NCBI GenBank assembly: GCA_046538155.1
Contig: JBKHJL010000004.1
Span: 1 to 43,424 of the forward strand
Direction: 5' to 3'
DNA from: Candidatus Micrarchaeia archaeon
GTDB lineage: Archaea; Micrarchaeota; Micrarchaeia; Anstonellales; Bilamarchaeaceae
Length of the DNA: 43,424 nucleotides
Below the pieces are notes generated by a model. That model was not told the origin of the DNA, did no database searches, and was given only the letters and a program-made list of their open reading frames with translations. Both the position numbers and the translations under genes were made by a program. Positions 28,372 through 37,177 of this stretch are shown here, one piece after another; positions within the stretch are counted from its first letter, which is position 1; each line of letters starts with the position of its first letter.

Positions 28372-28446
28372 AGCGGGATAGGGGAGTCAGGAGTTCCCGC
28401 CGGGCTCATAACCCGGAGGTCGGTGGTTCAAATCCACCTCCCGCTA
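28372..28446 (+). tRNA. Initiator tRNA-Met(CAT)
   Basis: A1-U72 pair; anticodon arm CCGGG-CTCATAA-CCCGG with three consecutive G-C pairs. Confidence 0.96.
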
Positions 28447-28517
28447 TTCAATTTTTTCTGCTGTTGCAAGCTGTGGTAAAAATTTCCGCAAAAATATGGC
28501 CCGTGTTAAGCTAATTA

Positions 28518-28871
28518 TTATTTTGAGTTGCATTTAATCAGGGTATGTTCATCAATCCTTCCCTGTGCTTTCCCCTCCCGGTTAAACACAAAAAGCGAAA
28601 CATGGCATTTGTAGAGGTTCGGGCGCACATTATGCTCAGCATAGAGCTTTATTGCCTTTGAGCAGGATTCGCGGCCTTCGCATATTCCCACTCTGAACCT
28701 TCCTGTCCTTACGCTGTTGCTGGCCCTGAGGGAAAACCCCCCCTCAAGCTTAACTTCTGCTTCCAGCCATGAGGGATTTTCGCCGGATGAATTAGCATCT
28801 ATAATAAGGTCAATTGTTTTGCCTGGGTATGCGGGAATTGATTCAGGATATGTATCGAGGTTTACTTTCAT
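28518..28871 (-). CDS. Hypothetical 117-aa beta-rich (Ig-like) protein
   Basis: ATG 28871 preceded by a GGTGGGAG SD; similar to 34180-34617. Confidence 0.75.
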   Translation of the reverse strand: MKVNLDTYPESIPAYPGKTIDLIIDANSSGENPSWLEAEVKLEGGFSLRASNSVRTGRFRVGICEGRESCSKAIKLYAEHNVRPNLYKCHVSLFVFNREGKAQGRIDEHTLIKCNSK

Positions 28872-28932
28872 TCTCCCACCACTTAGAATATTACAACCAA
28901 GAAATTTAACTGTTGCTGTTGAATACCTTCCA

Positions 28933-29373
28933 ATGATTCCCGAAGCAGAGCTCATAAAAAACGAAATGGTATTGCGCAACATGGCCCTCACCGATGATGT
29001 GAAACTGACCAGGAAATCACTGCTAAGATGGATTGCCCTCTCCCTTGGGCTGATTTCCCCGAATGAGAGCAGGACAATAGTGATTGACGTGCTGGATGTG
29101 CTGCTCAGGGAATTCGCCAATGGAAGAAAACCCTCCACAAAGGGAATTTACGAAAAAGTAAGCAAAAAAAGGAAGGATTCTGTTTCTGAGAAAACAGTGT
29201 ATTACCACCTGCAGAGACTGGCAAACCTCGGTCTAATCCAGAGGGAAAGGGGCCAATACTTCATATCAAAGGAAAAAGAGGGGCTTAAGAACTCCATCAG
29301 GAAGATATATGAAAAGGAATTTGATGAAGCATTCGGGAACATTGACAGGGCTCTGGACGCGCTTGAAAAATAG
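28933..29373 (+). CDS. Winged-helix putative transcriptional regulator
   Basis: LLRWIALSLGLISPNESR plus the wHTH segment SEKTVYYHLQRLANLGLI. Confidence 0.8.
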   Translation: MIPEAELIKNEMVLRNMALTDDVKLTRKSLLRWIALSLGLISPNESRTIVIDVLDVLLREFANGRKPSTKGIYEKVSKKRKDSVSEKTVYYHLQRLANLGLIQRERGQYFISKEKEGLKNSIRKIYEKEFDEAFGNIDRALDALEK

Positions 29374-29404
29374 AATAATAAAGGTTTTCGGCTAAAGTGT
29401 GCAT

Positions 29405-30652
29405 ATGAGCGCATTCTCAGGATTCTATAAAAAAACAATTCAGGAACGCATAGAAATACTCGGGCAGGAGCGCGGGATTAGTGATGAGGAGGCAAAAGTG
29501 CTGCTTGATTCCGGAGCACTGGATTTGGACACTGCAAACCGCATGATTGAGAACGTGGTTGGGGTAAACCATCTCCCCCTTGGGATTGTGCCGGGGTTTG
29601 TAATTAACGGGAAGGAGTATCTGGTGCCAATGTGCATAGAAGAGCCCTCAGTAGTTGCAGGGGCGGCCAAAGCTGCAAAGCTTGCTGCAGAATGCGGCGG
29701 GTTTACTGCGGATGCGGATGAGCCGGTGATGACAGGGCAGGTGCAGATTGTAAATGTTCCAGAGGATGCACTTGAGAAATTTAATTCCAATAAAGAGGAG
29801 ATTGCTGCAAAAGCGAAAGAGCTGGCTTCGGGAATGGAAAGGTATGGAGGGGGCTACAGGGAATGTGAGGCACATATCCTGAATACTGAACGCGGAAAGA
29901 TGCTGGTTGCTGTTTTCTATGTGGACGTGCGGGACGCGATGGGCGCAAATACTATTAATACGCTTCTTGAGGGGATTGCACCCCTTCTTGAAGAAACAAT
30001 TGGGGGTGAAGTGCGGCTGCGCATACTCACAAACCTTGCAATGAGGAGGAAAGCACGCGCAAGGTGCATCTGGAAAAAGGAGGTTGTGGGGGAGGACGCA
30101 ATTGAGAAGATGCTGGATGGGTATGAGCTTGCCGCAAATGACATTTACAGATGCTGCACCCACAACAAAGGCATAATGAATGGGGTGGATGCCGTTGCAG
30201 TTGCAACCGGAAACGACTGGAGGGCGGTGGAGGCATCCGTACATGCATATGCGGCAATGGATGGGTACAAGCCGCTAAACCGGTTTTATAAGAATGGGGA
30301 TGGGGACCTGGCCGGGGAGATTGAGCTTCCGCTTACTGTGGGGACAATTGGAGGGGCGATTGGAACCAATCCACTTGCACAGATTTCACTCAAGATCCTG
30401 GGCGTAAAAAGCGCACAGGAGCTTTCAATGGTTATGGCCGCTGTTGGGCTTGCGCAAAACTTTGCAGCACTGCATGCCCTGTCCACAGTGGGGATACAAA
30501 AGGGGCACATGAAGCTCCATGCATCCAACCTCGCAGTAATTGCAGGTGCAAAGGAAGATGAGGTGGAAAAGGTAGTGGAAAAAATGGTGGGGGGAAAAAA
30601 ATACTCTGCTGAAGATGCAAAGGAAATACTTTCGAAAATGAGGGGTGGGTGA
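29405..30652 (+). CDS. mvaA: Hydroxymethylglutaryl-CoA reductase, class II
   Basis: Motifs MIENVVG, EEPSVVA, DAMGANT, THNKGIMNG, GNDWRA and GIQKGHMKLH. Confidence 0.95.
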   Translation: MSAFSGFYKKTIQERIEILGQERGISDEEAKVLLDSGALDLDTANRMIENVVGVNHLPLGIVPGFVINGKEYLVPMCIEEPSVVAGAAKAAKLAAECGGFTADADEPVMTGQVQIVNVPEDALEKFNSNKEEIAAKAKELASGMERYGGGYRECEAHILNTERGKMLVAVFYVDVRDAMGANTINTLLEGIAPLLEETIGGEVRLRILTNLAMRRKARARCIWKKEVVGEDAIEKMLDGYELAANDIYRCCTHNKGIMNGVDAVAVATGNDWRAVEASVHAYAAMDGYKPLNRFYKNGDGDLAGEIELPLTVGTIGGAIGTNPLAQISLKILGVKSAQELSMVMAAVGLAQNFAALHALSTVGIQKGHMKLHASNLAVIAGAKEDEVEKVVEKMVGGKKYSAEDAKEILSKMRGG

Positions 30653-31642
30653 TTGCTCCCCGTCTTTGGTAATGAAATTTTTGCATATATTGCAATTTTC
30701 CTGGTTTCACTGCTATGCAGCTATGGGTTTTCTATCGCACTGGTCCCCCGTCTGAAGAAATTCGGATTTGTGGGTAAGGATATGCACAAAGCCCATAATC
30801 CGGAAGTTGCGGAAATGGGAGGGATATCGATTGTTGTTGGCTTGTCTGCGGGGATACTGCTTGCGATAATGCTCAGCACGTTCAACGGGCTGGAGTTCAA
30901 CATAGTTTTTGTGCTTGCAGGGCTGCTTACAATACAAATCCTTGCATTTATCGGAATACTTGATGACCTTCTGGATGTGCCGCAATGGGCAAAGGCATTC
31001 ATTCCACTTCTTTCAGCTGTTCCGCTTATTGCAGTAACTGCCGCAGGAAACACTACGATGCTCATTCCATTTATAGGCACGGTGGATTTTGGAATCCTCT
31101 ACATGCTTTTGCTGCTCCCGGTCGGAGTTGCAGTTGCCTCAAACCTAACCAATATGCTTGCTGGGTTCAACGGCATTGAAGCCGGCATGGGCGCGGTGCT
31201 TTTTGCGTGCATGTGCGTAATTGCGTGGGCACACGGAAGCCCTGAGATGCTTGTTTTATTCGTGCCAATGCTGGGAGCTCTGCTTGGCTTCCTCCCAAAG
31301 AACTGGTGCCCTGCAAGCGTTTTCCCAGGGGATGTGGGAACGCTTACAATCGGGGCAGTGCTTGCAACAGGTGTTATAATCGGGGACCTGGAAAGTGCAG
31401 GGGCCATGATCATGGCTCTTTATGTGCTGGACTTTCTGATAAAACTCCCGAATAAATTTCCCAAAACCTTTGTGGGGCTCAAATACGGAAAGGTTGTTGC
31501 GCCCACGGGAAGGCCAAGGGGGCTTGTGGATGTTGTGCTTAAGCTGGCAGGGGGGCTGGAAGAATACAGATTAGTGCTTGTGATGATGGGGCTCCAGCTC
31601 CTTGTGGGAATATGGGTAATCCTAATCTTCGTACGTGTCTAG
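30653..31642 (+). CDS. UDP-GlcNAc:dolichyl-phosphate GlcNAc-1-phosphotransferase (MraY/GPT family, AglH-like)
   Basis: Motifs GKDMHK, EMGG, GILDD, NMLAGFNGIE and FPGDVG. Confidence 0.92.
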   Translation: MLPVFGNEIFAYIAIFLVSLLCSYGFSIALVPRLKKFGFVGKDMHKAHNPEVAEMGGISIVVGLSAGILLAIMLSTFNGLEFNIVFVLAGLLTIQILAFIGILDDLLDVPQWAKAFIPLLSAVPLIAVTAAGNTTMLIPFIGTVDFGILYMLLLLPVGVAVASNLTNMLAGFNGIEAGMGAVLFACMCVIAWAHGSPEMLVLFVPMLGALLGFLPKNWCPASVFPGDVGTLTIGAVLATGVIIGDLESAGAMIMALYVLDFLIKLPNKFPKTFVGLKYGKVVAPTGRPRGLVDVVLKLAGGLEEYRLVLVMMGLQLLVGIWVILIFVRV

Positions 31643-32362
31643 AGGGGGTGAAAGATCTCTTGCCAGGTCTATTACGCTGAATAGTTCCCTCATTCTCTCA
31701 TAGTCCTTTACCCTCCCGATATCAATCCAATATTCCCTGCTAAACTTGTAGAATGCAAGGTTTTCCTTCGCTTCAAGCATGCGCGGAAAAACATTTTTTG
31801 CAAAATCCTCCTTGGGCTTTATGTAATCCAGGGCTTTTGGCTCAAGTATGTACATTCCTGTGTTGATCAGGTAGTTTACCACCGGCTTTTCCTGGAATCC
31901 CCTGATTGCCTTTGTTTTTTCATTCCCATCTATTATCCCATACTCAAGAGAGACCTTTTTCTTTTTCACGGCAATGGTTGCAACCGCACCGGTTTTTTCA
32001 TGTATTTTCAGGAATCTCTCTATGTTTATGTTGGTTACATGGTCCCCCATGAAAACAAGGAACCTTTCATCCTTCAGCTTATCCTTGTGCGGGTAAAAGG
32101 CCCCTGCTGTAAATAAGGCATCCTCCTCAACAAAATAATCAATGTTTACTCCAAAATTCGTTCCATCCCCAAAATGATTCATTATCTGCTCTTTCAGGTA
32201 GCCAACAGAAAGTATAATGTCCTCTATCCCGCTTTTCCTGAGGTGCTCTACCGAATATTCCAGTATGTGGCGGCTCCCCAGCCAGAGCATGGGCTTGGGC
32301 ACCGTATATGTGTAAGGTCTAAGTCTTGTTCCTTCCCCACCGCAAAGTATTACAGCTTTCAT
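31622..32362 (-). CDS. NDP-sugar pyrophosphorylase family nucleotidyltransferase
   Basis: Motifs ILCGGEGTRLRP, PKPM, EKP and WIDIG. Confidence 0.92.
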   Translation of the reverse strand: MKAVILCGGEGTRLRPYTYTVPKPMLWLGSRHILEYSVEHLRKSGIEDIILSVGYLKEQIMNHFGDGTNFGVNIDYFVEEDALFTAGAFYPHKDKLKDERFLVFMGDHVTNINIERFLKIHEKTGAVATIAVKKKKVSLEYGIIDGNEKTKAIRGFQEKPVVNYLINTGMYILEPKALDYIKPKEDFAKNVFPRMLEAKENLAFYKFSREYWIDIGRVKDYERMRELFSVIDLARDLSPPLDTYED

Positions 32363-32982
32363 AATATCACCATTAAACCAATCAATGCCCCCACAATGGA
32401 GCAGATTATATTCGTAGTACCCTTAGTACCGAAACCTTTTTCTTCAAACACCCCAAATAGGGTATCCACCAGCCCCCCTGCAAACCCGGCAAAAGCAACG
32501 AGCAGGGCCACATTGGGGCCTATCCCAAAAAGGAACATTGCAGCAATTCCAACTGCTGCGGAGCCTGCCAGAGATGCGAGTGTCCCAGTGCTGCTTACTG
32601 CGCCGCTGGTTCCCGGGGGGACTCTTTTAAATCCATCAAGGGAAACCGGCTCCCCACCAAGCACTCCCAACTCTGAAGCAAACTTGTCTGCAGTGACTGC
32701 AGCTATTGAGCATATGTATGGGAGCGGGCCCCATCCAAGAAAATAGCCCAGAACCACAACAATAGTCGGCACCAGCCCGTTGGAAAGCACGTTCTCCCAG
32801 CTCCTGTCATGCTCATATATTCCCATTTCCTTCTTTTCGTAATACCCGAATTTAGTGGCCACAAGCGAAAGCAGAAGAAATGCCAGTATGAGCACCAAAT
32901 AGGAAAAATCCCCGAGAAAAAGGATAGTGACTCCAAAAATAAGAGTCAGGGCAAGCCCGGGCTTGTCAAGCATCACAACCAT
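32359..32982 (-). CDS. DUF92 (TMEM19-like) membrane protein
   Basis: Motifs RSWENVLSNG, ADKFASELG, PPGTSGAVS and DTLFG. Confidence 0.9.
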   Translation of the reverse strand: MVVMLDKPGLALTLIFGVTILFLGDFSYLVLILAFLLLSLVATKFGYYEKKEMGIYEHDRSWENVLSNGLVPTIVVVLGYFLGWGPLPYICSIAAVTADKFASELGVLGGEPVSLDGFKRVPPGTSGAVSSTGTLASLAGSAAVGIAAMFLFGIGPNVALLVAFAGFAGGLVDTLFGVFEEKGFGTKGTTNIICSIVGALIGLMVIL

Positions 32983-33953
32983 TATTCCACCTTGACCACA
33001 TTTTCATCAACAGAGAATTTTTCTCCGAGGAATTTCTCTATTATATGGATGTTGGTCTCCGTATGCCTTGAAATGTGAGAAGTTTTAAAGCTTGTTTTTC
33101 CGGCAAGGGCAGCATAGATGAGCAGCTGGTCTGCAAGATAGTGGTCAACTTCCGCATTGCCTTCTGCATCCAGTCCTTCTATCGCATTCCTTGCAACCTT
33201 TTCTGCACGCAGGCCCTTCCTGCCCAGCGAATAACTTCCCACAAAACCTCTGTGCAGAAGAATTGCATTACCCCTGCCTGGGGATTCTCTTTCCCTTATC
33301 CTGACATCCTCTATTCCACTATTCAGCATTACTTTTTTCTCGCGCATTGCAATTCCCAGGGGGAGGCCCGAGATAGATATCGTTGCCTGCGGCACAGAAA
33401 CCTTGGGCCATGAGGAAACCGGCTGCGGTCTTCCGGGGACCGCCTCCAGCAATATGCTTCCCCCTCCTTCAGGATAATAGCCTGCCTTTTCAAGGGAGCA
33501 TTTCGCATCCAGGCCGAACATTGAGAGAGCAGGAAGAAATACCTTTTCAAGATAATCGTATCCTGGTGCTTTTGGCACATCTGTACCCCCGGCTATTCTT
33601 ATCCTGCTGGGTTTGGATGCTGCAAATAACAACGGGAGAATTGTCTGTGCCAGAAGAACAGTTGAGCCTGCAGTGCCAATATTAAAATCATATTTTCCCC
33701 CGTATATTCCTCCGGGTGTGTAAATGAGTTCCCTGCTGCCTTCTTCCGCGCCTTCCAGCTTCCCCCTGCAGATTGAGCGCACCGCACGTGCACCGGCAAG
33801 GTGCTGAGGCTTGAGGCCGGGAGGGCTCCGCCCTGCGCGTATGTTGAATAGCTTTAGCGGTATCCCTGTAAGAGCAGAAAGCGCAAGGGAAGTGCGGACA
33901 ATTTGGCCGCCTGCCTCTCCAAAAGAGCCATCGATTTCAATCGCTTCATTCAT
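32982..33953 (-). CDS. rtcA: RNA 3'-terminal phosphate cyclase
   Basis: Motifs DGSFGEAGGQIVR, GLKPQH, GGTDV, YLADQL and SRHTETN. Confidence 0.95.
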   Translation of the reverse strand: MNEAIEIDGSFGEAGGQIVRTSLALSALTGIPLKLFNIRAGRSPPGLKPQHLAGARAVRSICRGKLEGAEEGSRELIYTPGGIYGGKYDFNIGTAGSTVLLAQTILPLLFAASKPSRIRIAGGTDVPKAPGYDYLEKVFLPALSMFGLDAKCSLEKAGYYPEGGGSILLEAVPGRPQPVSSWPKVSVPQATISISGLPLGIAMREKKVMLNSGIEDVRIRERESPGRGNAILLHRGFVGSYSLGRKGLRAEKVARNAIEGLDAEGNAEVDHYLADQLLIYAALAGKTSFKTSHISRHTETNIHIIEKFLGEKFSVDENVVKVE

Positions 33954-33989
33954 ACTTTCACACCTGGGCAAGAAGGTAAAAAGAATTAG

Positions 33990-34013
33990 GCCAGCGCAGA
34001 AATCTGCGCTGGC
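33990..34013. other. Perfect GC-rich stem-loop upstream of rtcA
   Basis: GCCAGCGCAG-AAAT-CTGCGCTGGC; on the minus strand it is followed by CTAATTCTTTTT. Confidence 0.7.
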
Positions 34014-34179
34014 TGGCAAGGCGACCAGTTCCTCCCCAAAATACGCAACTTTCTATTGAACTGTAACAGGTATTTAAATGTTTGTGTTATAGGGTTTAGC
34101 CGTGTAATTATGTGGATTTTACTTCGGGGGAAAGGGAAAGCGTTTTAAATATAACAGCACACTTTTTTAACGTGATATT

Positions 34180-34617
34180 ATGGGCCTGTTGGATTGGGTG
34201 TTAGGGAAAGGAAAAAAGAAGAAAACTGCAAAAGAAGCCCCGGCAGGGGGTTCGGTACCATTCAAGATTTCTCACAAATTCAGCCCACTCAGGCTCAAGG
34301 CCCACCAGGACTCCAAAGTAGATATGACTGTGAAGGTGGTGAACGTTTCCGGCTCAAAACAGCTTGTTTCTTCAGACGTTATCCTGCCAAAGGGAAAAAA
34401 GGTCGGATTTGATGTTACATATATGAACAAGCACCATGAAGAGCGGCTTGGAGAGCTTGAAGACGGAGAAAGCAAAAGCTTCACAATTACAATCCATGGC
34501 GGTCCGGTGACGGCCCGTGGAGAAGTTCCAGTAAAAATTACTGCTTACGCACATTACCTCAATTACAGGAAGGTGCTTGAAGAAACAAGCAAAACGGCCA
34601 AGCTCAGGATTATATGA
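34180..34617 (+). CDS. Hypothetical beta-rich (Ig-like) protein
   Basis: MGLLDWVLG amphipathic start, alternating beta-strand pattern, RLGELEDGESKS motif. Confidence 0.8.
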   Translation: MGLLDWVLGKGKKKKTAKEAPAGGSVPFKISHKFSPLRLKAHQDSKVDMTVKVVNVSGSKQLVSSDVILPKGKKVGFDVTYMNKHHEERLGELEDGESKSFTITIHGGPVTARGEVPVKITAYAHYLNYRKVLEETSKTAKLRII

Positions 34618-35218
34618 AATCCGCAACCAGCGGAATCAGGCTTTCAACATAGTGCTTTGAGCTGAATGGTTCTCCGTGCCCCGGGCATATCTTCTCTATT
34701 TCATAAGATGCCAGCTTCTCGTATGAATCAACAAGCTTGCCGGGTTCGCTTGTCGGCAGGGTACAGGAAGGAAGTGCTTCCCCTCCAAAAACCGTGTCTC
34801 CGGTAAATGCTGCCTTTAGTTCCGGGACATGAAAACAGAGTGAGCCTTTTGAATGACCAGGGGTTTCTATTACTTCTATTGAAAAACCATCTCCTTCAAG
34901 TATATTACCTTCCCGGAGGATTTTTTCCGGAGGTCTCCTGGGGGGCTCAAACCCCAAGTGAGTGCAGAGAGTGGCCCCTTCCATGGGCCTTGTGATTGCA
35001 GCCGCAGCAAACTCTGAGCATCCATAACCATAATTGTTTTGCGCAATTCCGCAAATGTGGTCGCAGTGTGCATGAGTAATAAGCACAAATGGATTTCCTT
35101 CATACCTCACCCCTTCAGGCGCATCAACAGCATATTCCCCTATCCTGTATCCAGTGGCAACTGTTCCGCTGCTGCTTCTTGCCGGGTCTCGGCTGGTACC
35201 TCTGCAAACTTCAATCAT
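34610..35218 (-). CDS. MBL-fold hydrolase (glyoxalase II-like)
   Basis: Motifs THAHCDH, TPGHS, FTGD and PGHG. Confidence 0.9.
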   Translation of the reverse strand: MIEVCRGTSRDPARSSSGTVATGYRIGEYAVDAPEGVRYEGNPFVLITHAHCDHICGIAQNNYGYGCSEFAAAAITRPMEGATLCTHLGFEPPRRPPEKILREGNILEGDGFSIEVIETPGHSKGSLCFHVPELKAAFTGDTVFGGEALPSCTLPTSEPGKLVDSYEKLASYEIEKICPGHGEPFSSKHYVESLIPLVADFI

Positions 35219-35466
35219 TCAATCCTCCTCCTTATTTCTTCAATATGTGCAGCTATATCCATGCCCTTTTCCGTAAGCTTAACCATCTTTTTCTTCCCCT
35301 CGGGCTCTACTGAAACCATGCCTTTTTCCTCCAGCATAGAGATACAGTTGGTCACATACACATAAGTGGTTCCTGTTTCCCTTGCAATCTCCGAAAGGTA
35401 TGCTGATTCCCTGCCTTTTAGGAAAAGCAGGACTTTCGCCGGTTCTTTCCTTAAAAGAAATTCCAT
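35215..35466 (-). CDS. Small MarR-like winged-helix protein
   Basis: Motifs YLSEIARETGTTY and LTEKG. Confidence 0.85.
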   Translation of the reverse strand: MEFLLRKEPAKVLLFLKGRESAYLSEIARETGTTYVYVTNCISMLEEKGMVSVEPEGKKKMVKLTEKGMDIAAHIEEIRRRIE

Positions 35467-35471
35467 TCAGC

Positions 35472-36155
35472 TCACTCCACTATCTCAATATTAATGTTTT
35501 CGCCTGATTGTTCAGCAAGCCGGCAAAGCCCGGGGACGTGGGCTGCACCTACTACTGCAACCACCTCATTGACATTGCAGAGGAGCAGCTTGCCGAATAT
35601 GTGGCGGTTCCGGGACTCCACAAAAACCTTGTAGGACACGGGGAAATCTCGCTCAAACGTTTCCAAGAGCCTGTCCAGATTTTCCGGCTTCATCATCTCG
35701 CTGAGAGATATCTTCTTTTTTCCGAAAAGTTTCGGCCCTGGAGAAAAAACCATTCCAATCTTCTCTTTCAGAGGAATCCTCTCAATATCCCTGGCAATCC
35801 CCCTTATCGGCCTGTCCAGAAGAGCAACCTGCTTCTGGAGCTCTGCAGCCGCCTCCAGTGCCCTCACCATCTCTTCCCCAGGCGTTACTTGCCACCACCT
35901 GCCAATAAGCTGCTGCGCGGCAAACAACACTGCAGAGGTTGGATGGGAAATAGCTGTCCTCAGGTCCATTGAGCGCTTTCCGCTCCTTGAAAGAGCCTCA
36001 AGCCGCTCCCTGCATAATTCAAGCCCCACCAGGCCCGGATTCCGGCTGCGTATGGTGTCCTCCACAAGCCTTGCACTCTTCTTGGATACATGTGCAACAG
36101 GCACCAGAATTATATTCGTCCGGGCAATCTCTTCTTTCCCTTCCATTGATAGCAT
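35472..36155 (-). CDS. TraB/PrgY family protein
   Basis: Motifs AHVS, ELCRER, PGEEM, LLDRPI, SRN and VVGAAHVPG. Confidence 0.88.
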   Translation of the reverse strand: MLSMEGKEEIARTNIILVPVAHVSKKSARLVEDTIRSRNPGLVGLELCRERLEALSRSGKRSMDLRTAISHPTSAVLFAAQQLIGRWWQVTPGEEMVRALEAAAELQKQVALLDRPIRGIARDIERIPLKEKIGMVFSPGPKLFGKKKISLSEMMKPENLDRLLETFERDFPVSYKVFVESRNRHIFGKLLLCNVNEVVAVVGAAHVPGLCRLAEQSGENINIEIVE

Positions 36156-36208
36156 TTGTGCATAATTTGTTTTTTAAACCTGGGACCCTGGTCCAAAAAC
36201 CCGAAACT

Positions 36209-36405
36209 GAAAACCCCTGTTCTACAGAAGTAGACCCACAAAACTCAGATGTTGAGCTCTGCTCAACAGAAGAAACCGAATCGTGAACTCTGTTCACGAG
36301 AAGAAAACGAAGTTTTCTCAGAGGTTTCTCAGAACACAGAACTGGAAACACAGGAGAAGGATGATATGCCGATAAACCTTTTTCTTTGGGGGAAGCTCTC
36401 AGCAA
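36209..36405. repeat. 197-bp hairpin-rich direct repeat, copy 1
   Basis: Matches 37178-37374 with one mismatch (36397 T vs 37366 C); offset 969 bp. Confidence 0.97.
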
Positions 36406-36415
36406 TTTTCACCCT

Positions 36416-36757
36416 TTAATATTTGAACCTTCTTTCGTATTCCTTGTGGTCAAACCATTCAAGAACTACTGCAATAACTGCTAGCTGGTTTGCCTTTAGA
36501 GTGTAGATTAACCTCCAGCCGGAAGGCAGGTCATACTTCCATAGGTTATCTATTTCGTATTTCTTGATGTAATCCTTGGGCCAGAGCTTTCTTGGTATCT
36601 TCATTCCTATGTTTGGGTTTTTCTCCAGGTCGTCAAATGCCCTGTTTATGAATTCGTATAGCTGGGGCTCTGCTCCTTTTCCTTTTTTCAAATCGTGGAA
36701 TGCCTTTTTCAGTTTCTGGTCAGCGAATACTATGGTAATCTTTCTGTTTTTGTTCAT
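36416..36757 (-). CDS. RelE/ParE-superfamily-like toxin
   Basis: Basic 113-aa protein with LEKNPNIG, LWKYDLPSGWRLIY and DHKEY; ATGA overlap with the upstream gene. Confidence 0.75.
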   Translation of the reverse strand: MNKNRKITIVFADQKLKKAFHDLKKGKGAEPQLYEFINRAFDDLEKNPNIGMKIPRKLWPKDYIKKYEIDNLWKYDLPSGWRLIYTLKANQLAVIAVVLEWFDHKEYERRFKY

Positions 36758-37029
36758 CTGGCCACCAGGTCCTGCTTGAGGAATTTTTCGACTCCTTTTG
36801 GGTCCCAAATCCAAACAATTCTTCCGTCTTTTTTGTCTATGAGTATCTTGTTGGATTTTTCCAGGTAATCCAGTATCAGGAGAAAGGTCTGGTACATCAT
36901 CTTCTTTGGGAGCGCCTCCAGGAGTTGTGCCTTGGTGGGGTATTCCTTTGCATTTCTGATCGTTTCCTCTACCATAATGACTGTATCCAGCCTGGGGTAA
37001 TGCAATACTTCCTGAACGGATTTTGTCAT
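36754..37029 (-). CDS. Small winged-helix-like protein, putative antitoxin
   Basis: HYPRLDTVIMVE...LPKKMMYQTF..ILDYLEKSNKI...IVWIW; AGGTGA SD; translationally coupled to the toxin. Confidence 0.75.
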   Translation of the reverse strand: MTKSVQEVLHYPRLDTVIMVEETIRNAKEYPTKAQLLEALPKKMMYQTFLLILDYLEKSNKILIDKKDGRIVWIWDPKGVEKFLKQDLVAR

Positions 37030-37035
37030 TTTTTT

Positions 37036-37075
37036 CACCTATATATGTTTATATGTATATAAGTTTATATAGGTG
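37036..37075. promoter_or_regulatory. Inverted repeat over the TA promoter (candidate operator)
   Basis: CACCTATATA-N20-TATATAGGTG, perfect 10-bp arms spanning the AT-rich promoter and the SD. Confidence 0.65.
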
Positions 37076-37114
37076 TCGGTGGTCCTGTGAACATGCCAGC
37101 AACACATTTATTCG

Positions 37115-37134
37115 GGGGTTCGGGCCCGAACCCC
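37115..37134. repeat. Perfect 20-bp palindrome
   Basis: GGGGTTCGGGCCCGAACCCC. Confidence 0.85.
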
Positions 37135-37177
37135 ATTGTTTCCGCTCTCTAATTCCAAACCGCCACAACCCGGAACA

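Noticed and set aside
36249..36310. 31-bp palindromic tandem units as a mini CRISPR array
   Set aside because: Only two units, no unique spacers (the linker is the conserved part while the stems vary), and no cas genes in the window.
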